Positions 52,112-59,080 of a stretch of DNA of 59,080 nucleotides are shown here, piece after piece. The stretch is from contig NW_026250443.1 of the NCBI RefSeq assembly GCF_024521635.1, positions 124,001 to 183,080 of the forward strand, written 5' to 3'. The notes under the pieces were generated by a model. The model did not search any database. It was given only the letters and a program-made list of their open reading frames with translations, and had not been told where the DNA came from. How positions within the stretch are numbered: the first letter of the stretch is position 1; each line of letters begins with the position of its first letter. The stretch comes from Tricharina praecox (Eukaryota). The position numbers and the translations under genes were made by a program.

Positions 52112-54279
52112 ATGGATACTCTAAGTACGGCGCTCTATGCTGAAAGTTACATACCGGCGGGAAGTGGAAAGGGATTGACTGACATCTTACAGTCTGGAGC
52201 CAGCGGTGGCAGCGGATGCGAACACGATTCGGCGTATGGCAGCCCGCGCTCCTCCTCATCAGCGGCATCGGAATGCTCACTGTCATGAGCATGTTGGTAT
52301 CGCTGTGGACGTGGAACGACGACAATCCCGACAGCCTCCGATCGCGGCTGTTGTACAGGGACTGGGCCAAGTCGGTGGTGGCCGTTTGCAGCGCTCTGCT
52401 GCGAACATGCATGGCCGTGCAGCTGGGAATCTGCTGCGTGATGATGGCGACGGTGGCCTTCGAGAAGGACTGCGTACTCCTGTGCGATGCCGCGTCGATG
52501 TCGATCAACCGGTACACGGCGGCGTCGCCGTGGATTTTGGTTCCCCCCATTCTGCGCGGCGCGCGCGTCAGCAAGAACTTCGGGATTCTCTTTCTGATCG
52601 CCGGGTTGTCGTTGATTGTTGTACTCTCGCAGCTAATGTCGGCGATCCTCCTGTTGGATCTGGACCAGAAATACGTGCTCGGCCCCGAGGTCGAGGATAC
52701 ATACTACCGCCAGGTCAATGTCTACGACTTGGCCAGCTCCAACCCGTTGGCACAGCGGCCGCAGTCGTTCCCGCGGTTCTCAGAGTGGACGAAACCTCCC
52801 ATCTCCATCTCCGAGGGCCCCCTGGGAAGGGGACTGAACGACACGGGCGCGACGGTGAGAGCGTTTACCGAAGTGCAGAACGCGACTGACAGGTCCTCCC
52901 TCCTGTCGTACAAGGGCCGCGGCGGGATTGCAGAGGCACATGTCCTCTGCGTTTCGCCGGACGTGCACAACATTACCTACCACGCGCCGGATCGTATAAC
53001 CGGCCGACTGACTTCGGACTTCCTGTACCGCTCCACCGGCGAGCTGCAACGGCAAGGCTCGTACCGGTGGAACGGAGCACAGCCCCCCTCCGATTTGAGC
53101 TTCGGTTTCAACTGCACGCTCGGCGACGAGATCATCATCTGCCCGCTTCGGCCACCGGCGGTACTCGATTGTCCAGGCTTCCCGACCCAATGTCTTCTCG
53201 CCCCCACCAACATATGGTTCCTGGTCATTATGGAATCCGACAGCCTCACGTGGCGCGTAGTGGGCAACACCCGTCTTCCGATCGACGAGACGCTCCCGCG
53301 GCACCTCTACAACACGTCCAACTTCCGCTTCGACGGGAGCGAGTGGACGTCATCCACAATCGCGGACTGGACCCTGGCAGACCCAGCGTACGCGGAAGCG
53401 CAAGCCTTCAACACCCAAATGTCTTTATGCACCATCTCCGCCGGAAACACAATTGCGAACATCTCCTCGAGGGCCGATCGGCGCGCGGATGAGCCAGAGA
53501 TCGCACCGTACGCCGCCCTTAGCGAGTTCTCGGCCACAGCGGGAATCGAGAAGCAGCTCTCGTCGGACCGCAACCTGACCGACCGGGGCGTCATGCAGCT
53601 GGTCAGCTACGCGATGGGCGCATACACGAACTTCACGGAGGTGATCCAGAGCATCCGGGGCGGGTACCGGGGGCGTCTGCTACAGGAGCCACTCGACACC
53701 TTGTACGATGCCTCCGTGCAGCTCGAGAGCGTGAACGAGGTGTACAGCAGCATCCTAACCGGGATCTTCGGCTACTCCAACACGACGGTGGCATTCGTCC
53801 TCCAATCCCTCTCCACGCTCCTAACCTCGAGCGCTTTCTACGACGAGCTCTCGATCCCCGCCACGCTGTGGCACTCCATCGCCGCACTGCCAGAAGCAGA
53901 CCGCTTCGGCATCACGATCGACGCGCGCAACCTGACGCGTCTTACGCAGAGCACGAAGCGCCGACAGGTGCCGACCGCGTTCACAGGGCTGTACATTGCC
54001 GCCGGCATCGTCGGCTTGCACCTTGCATGTATCGGCGTGGTCTTCTGGATGTACTTCTCGTGCAAGGCCGACGGATATCTCGCGCAGGCGTGGCATACCG
54101 TCGGACAGCTGCATAGCGGCGAGGCGCAGGGGTTCCTAAGCCAGGCCCACGGCCTAGGCGATCGGGAGGTTGCCGCTCTCCCCGCCGCCAGCGCGAAGTG
54201 GCGGCAGGTAGTGCAGTTGTCGAAGGAGAAGGGGATCGTGCTGAAGAGTGAGAGTGGCGTGCAGAAAGGTAGGGCGTGA
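52112..54279 (+). CDS. Uncharacterised fungal membrane glycoprotein (~699 aa; N-terminal TM helices, large lumenal domain, C-terminal TM)
   Basis: The 687-aa ORF is extended by exon 52112-52124 and a phase-1 intron 52125-52192 (GTACGG...ACTGAC...CAG). Hydrophobic segments and many N-x-S/T sites. Confidence 0.88.
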
Positions 54280-55579
54280 AAGAGGAGATGCGTGTGAGGA
54301 AGGTGCTAATGGCCGCGGGATAGTCACCGATGCTCTGCTGGGGGCGGAGCGGACGACGAAATGGGATGGCAATGGGAGGAAGACTACAACCGAGGTGCGC
54401 GCGTCGGAGTAGGAGCGGCGAAAGCGGATGAATGGTATGCTCGAGAAGCTGGGAAGGGTAGTGTTGAGCAGGCAGGGATTTGGCGGGGGAGGATCACCGG
54501 GGATGGAGGGCCATGGCAGGGGGCGGTGCCGGGAGGATTATCACAACAAGCAATTGGAAGGATGTGCAATAGGAAGGGTTAATGCTCTTGTGAGGGGCTA
54601 GTATTTGAACATGAGAGCGGTCAGTGGGATTGCAGCCGGGGAATAAACGAGAAAGGAGCTAGGCTACGGGAATCTTGTATCTAGTGGCTCGCAGAAAGAC
54701 CTCTCGTACCGGCACTGTCGCAGTAGTTGCTCTTCCGGTAAAATAGTGGCCGTGCGCATTCATTCATGATGGCTCACTCACTCGCGTTATTTCGGCAGCA
54801 TGTGCAATTCTCCATAATCAGCGGGGAGTAGCTGTGGCACAGGTGACGCCAGACTCCTCAAAAGCACTGCTCAGCCGCTTCGCCCAGCAACAGCGAGCCC
54901 TGTCTTCCACGAATCTGGGACACAACCGAATATCGGTACCTTCCACGCGGCGCTCCCCAGTAAATCCTTGTATCATACGTCTATGCAATGCGTGTCACGT
55001 TCTCCGATGACAGTGACTGGTGTATGCGGTAGAGGTTGGGTTGCGACAAGCTTATCATGTTTTGTGCCAATCTTCGGGCCGTCCCGGACTCCCAGTCGAT
55101 CGTTCAAGCGCTGACAAAGCCGTCGGCATTTACAAGGGCGTTATCCAATGGTGGCCAGGGGGGGAAGCACGGTGCTCATTAAGTGGGTGCATAACTACGG
55201 CCGTGTCATCTGCCCGGCTCGATTTCGGGATTGGACGGGGTCTCCATCGTGTTCATCCGGTACATTGTCGGCTGCCTCGCAGGTTATCACGGAATCGATT
55301 GCACAACACGTGGAGAACGTTTGAAAACCAAATGGGAACCCGACATCCGAACAAGTGTAAACGCCAGGAATGGAGAGTCCGGATTGCTATCGGTCACTAC
55401 AGATGGCGAGGCGTACAGACACCGCAGATGTCATAAGCATTCAGCAACGACTTTATAATTCTAGGATTCCTTGAGTCGAACCGGTACATTCCAAGCACAA
55501 AACAGCACCACTTCACATCCGGCAACGAAAACATCGCAACCCAACCCGCGCCTCTCCCTCCGCTCATCCAAGCCGCCAA

Positions 55580-55942
55580 CTACGCAAGCGCACAATGCAC
55601 GTCCCAAATAGCACCAGTGTGATTACTCGCCAACCACAGCGCGTCCTCAACACAATTCGCAACGATGAACGCTGAAGTAGTGAACGTAGCCAAGCCATTG
55701 CTGCCAGAATAGCTGAACTGCCAGTCGGTGATCGATCCGCATTGCCCGCGCAGGTTGTCCAGATACCCCTGACCCCAATCGTTGTCCCAGTCTCCCCAGG
55801 TTGTCACCCAGAACTTGAACATGTTGCGCGTGTTCCGGTCGTACGTGCAGGACGCGCTGTTGGTGGCTCGGGCGGTGAGGGACGTCGGCGCGGCGGAGGC
55901 GAGCGTGCCCAGCGCGGCCGCGGCGTAGAGAAGGAGCTTCAT
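55580..55942 (-). CDS. Small secreted protein, 120 aa, 4 Cys, Trp-rich
   Basis: Signal peptide MKLLLYAAAALGTLASA, short pro-region ending AR, then WDNDWGQGYLDNLRGQC...CVEDALWLAS...WDVHC. Confidence 0.85.
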   Translation of the reverse strand: MKLLLYAAAALGTLASAAPTSLTARATNSASCTYDRNTRNMFKFWVTTWGDWDNDWGQGYLDNLRGQCGSITDWQFSYSGSNGLATFTTSAFIVANCVEDALWLASNHTGAIWDVHCALA

Positions 55943-56789
55943 GTTTTCGTGGGGATGTTCAAGGTGCTTTGCGGATGAGTCGCTTGGGTAGCTGTGGTGT
56001 GCGGTCTATGATGAGAATGAATTGGCACCTGGGTGGTCCTCATACACCTCTTTTGGGGACGTTTCGGAGTTCTCTGTCGGAGCTCTCTGTCGAGGCGCTC
56101 TATCGGCGTTTGCTGTCGGAGCTCACTGTCGGCGGCGACAGTACATACCCGCGTGAAGCGTATGCATCAATCTAAACACCCGATCTTTCCGGTCTATTTC
56201 GGATAATGTATTCTTCCTACATACGTCGCTTCCTGCAAGTAGAGTCAACGGTAGCGCTTGATGATTAAATTCTCCACGCAGCCCCTGCGCGATTGAGCAC
56301 TGTACCCGGCGTATGTAGTGGATTTGTCGAACACCAGCGCGGGACTCCATGAGCATCAGCAGACGCGTCCTGGTTCCTACGCGCGGAATATGTACGACGA
56401 AACACGGCCATTGCGCGCTCTCGTTGAAACCGGCTATGTATGCGATCCTAACGCGGCTATATCAACCACGCAAACGCGCGCTAAATTCCCAGGCCGGTTC
56501 GCATTGTGCACGTTCTTCGAATTCATGAAAGTCGTGTCACCAGCGCTCTCGAAGTGACAGACGTAAAAGCCGGCAGCAAGGTCCCCCGGTGACCGATCAC
56601 CAGCGACGTAAACCGATGGAGTCTATTCGCGAATCTATAAACTGATGCAGGTGACGTGATCACGGTAGTGTTTGAGCTGCATGAACTGTGCGCGGGAAAA
56701 CACTAGTGCACACTAACCAACAACAGGCATTGGCACTGCCACACCTTCACTCTTATGGCAGCTGCGACACCATCACTTAGCATTTATGG

Positions 56790-57277
56790 CCATCACTTGG
56801 CGCCCTGTGTGAACTGGAAACAACCTATGTAGGCGGCGACATCACCATCACTCGGCTTTCTCAGTGAACTGGAAATGGAAGTATGTAGGCAACACCATCA
56901 CCCAGTGCGCTGAGTAACTAGAAATTAAAATATGTAGGCAATAGAATCACCTTGAACTGTAAATAAAAGTATGTAGGTGGCAGCATCACTCGGCACGGTT
57001 AGTGAACGGCAAATAAAAGTATGTAGGTAACAGCATCTCCTTTTGCTGTAAATAAAAGTATGTAGGTGGCAGCATCACCCAGTGCTATCAGTGAACTGGA
57101 ATAAAACTATATAGTCAACATCATCACCTTGAACTGTAAATAAAAGTAAGTGGATGGCAGCATCACCCAGTGCGCTCGTTGAACTGGAATAAAGATATAG
57201 GCGACAGCAGCATCACTCAGTGCGTGAACTGAAATAAAAGTATATAGACAACTGCATCACCTGGCGCGCTCTGTGAA
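56790..57277. repeat. Degenerate tandem array, ~10 units of a ~36-bp core with variable 3-14-bp linkers
   Basis: Core GAACTGKAAATAAAAGTATGTAGGYRRCAGCATCAC. Linkers partly alternate short (CTT) and long (CCAGTGCGCT..GT). Confidence 0.88.
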
Positions 57278-57762
57278 ATGTCGCGACAGGAAATAAAGAG
57301 ACAAATCACTCTCGGCAAACAAATCTATTGCAATTCTTCCACTTGTTCATTTTGTGGGTGGAGTCAATTGTGTCAAGTGTCCTGTAGAATCTCAACCCGC
57401 GATAGCAACACAAAAACCATTCCCAACGGAGTACTTTATTTGAACCGAGAACAGAGTAATCTTTCTGAACGATGGTATTCGCGGTGAGTCGGCAAAGACA
57501 CTGTGGTACCTATCCGCGGCGACAAAACTGTAGTATCCGCGACGCGAAACTGTTGTATCCACAGCGAGGAAATTACCAAAGAGCAGGAGCTGTTAGTCGG
57601 ACAGCGAAGGACAGTGAACCCACCAGCGGATGATTCGTTGTGGAGACAATGTGCTGTCCGCGTCGCGGAAGGTGTGAACGTGGTGAAGTTTTGGTGATGG
57701 TAACGTGTCTGCAGAAGGATGCCCCCCTGAACGGATATCCCCCAAGCACTGTGGCGCTGTAC

Positions 57763-58030
57763 TTTTTTTTTTTTTTTTTTTTTCATTTACTGCCGCAGTA
57801 GAGAGTTTAGCGCTGCAACGCAGGACCTACCCCCATTCAATCGGGGGTGGGCCCCCCTCACATTTCTTCGGATGCCGCTTATCGATTCTCTCCTCTGACC
57901 GTTAACTTTCTAAGGACTAGTCCTGGCCTGTGATTTTTCCTTGTGATTGCTTGAGTGTGCCACTCATTTACGAGTCTTCTAAGACTCTCTCTTTACTACC
58001 CTAAACTCGTCCCTCTCGTTTTCTCCTGTG
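57763..58030 (-). mobile_element. 3' end of a non-LTR retroelement with poly(A) tail
   Basis: 21-nt T run at 57763-57783 (minus-strand poly(A) after GTAAATG) and a nearby hairpin CTACCCCC-ATTCAATC-GGGGGTGG. The 5' boundary and TSD were not found. Confidence 0.5.
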
Positions 58031-59080
58031 ACCTTCCTTGCGTACCCGTGTTCACCAACCCGCCGCTACAGGTCGGCTAAGGCCCCTCTGGCCCTGGTCC
58101 CCCTCAGCGCGGAGCATGGGTCGGGAGCTGGAGCTGGTCGGTGTGGGCAACTTACTTCCATACATACGCCAATAAGGGCGCGTTTCGGTGTGTTTTGTCG
58201 CGGATGTAGATTAACAACCCGACAATTATGCTCTCATCGGACAATGAAGCCGCAATTTACATTCTCATCGGAACCCAAATGTGATGCTGGTATGTAGAGT
58301 ACGGAGATGCATCTACCTAGGTACCCATGCCGTTTCCATCCACTTTGCCGAGCAAACGCGGTTCGGCTGCCGAGCCCAGCTCCGCTAGTTAGATAACCTA
58401 CCGACTAGCTTATATTGCCATCTTCGACGGAAGCCAGTCAAACACCGATCGTCTCAGTGTCGACACTTGTGCTGTGGAAACAAAGTTGTCCCCGCCAACT
58501 TCCGCCAACGGAGTGAGGGTTCACGGGCTCTAGTACACTACAAGCAGCGATACCGTGCACGGGATAGCGCAGTATCATTTGAATTTGGATACGGAAAAGG
58601 ACATCGACCGTCACGTTTCGCATACATATAAAGTACATGAGTCTACCTGCCGAACATATAGAAGATCGACGGCAAAGTTGCGAGCGGAACACCGAGCCGC
58701 AAATGGCTGACCACATACGTAAGGAATGGGTGCACACCGGTGAAAGAGGTGTGGCAGATGGCCTGTGCAAAGGAACCCCTGGCGACGTTGCAGAGCCGAT
58801 AGAAGCGGTTGCGGTGGCGAGCGTCGCAGGGGGTATGTACGAGCATCGCGGTGGTGCCGAGCGTCGCAGTGGTAGTGAGCGTCGTAGATACACGAGTGTC
58901 GTAGGCGCAACGAGAGCTATAACGGCTGACCAAAGCAAGCCCCTCCAGGACAACGGATAGTACGCGAGACTTAGGACACGAATATCGAAGCGGCCGGATT
59001 TTGGGGGTATAAACGAACGGCGTAGAGATGGTCGAGGTCTCGCGCGAAAGAGCGACAACGAAGCTGCTTGCACACCGGAA

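Noticed and set aside
56790..57277. CRISPR array
   Set aside because: Eukaryotic context, no cas genes, degenerate repeats, and linkers that are short and related to each other.
1..59080. Starship giant transposon
   Set aside because: The cargo-like genes (NLRs) are compatible, but no DUF3435 captain recombinase or boundary is visible in the window.

Overview
Eukaryotic, intron-containing DNA from a filamentous ascomycete. The short GT-AG introns, LaeA-like methyltransferase paralogues and ankyrin NLRs suggest a Pezizomycete (inference). It is an accessory-type region. Apparently intact genes: two paralogous uncharacterised membrane proteins near the two ends, in divergent orientation; a double C2H2 zinc-finger protein; a 65-aa three-exon basic protein whose spliced form is absent from the ORF track; two convergent LaeA-like SAM methyltransferases; a 972-aa NACHT-ankyrin NLR; a secreted extensin-like/cystine-knot protein; an alpha/beta hydrolase; and a small secreted protein. 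These are interspersed with decayed immune-type genes (a second NACHT-ANK NLR, a HeLo-like/ankyrin gene split by ~2.5 kb of other sequence, a NACHT-WD40 and a WD40 relic). There are also many non-autonomous transposons: hAT-type MITEs with 8-bp TSDs (one nested in the TIR of another), a Mutator derivative with a 9-bp TSD, a Gag relic, a tRNA-derived SINE-like element and a poly(A) retroelement tail. The best candidate for an undescribed system is a short amyloid-signalling-like motif (NY-x5-H[IV]E[IF]xGxxLHGG[KQ]TFxxG). It replaces an effector domain at the N-terminus of both NACHT-ANK NLRs and is joined through a conserved 8-nt micro-exon. No CRISPR array, rRNA or intact tRNA was seen. Gene models were spliced by eye and need RNA-seq confirmation.
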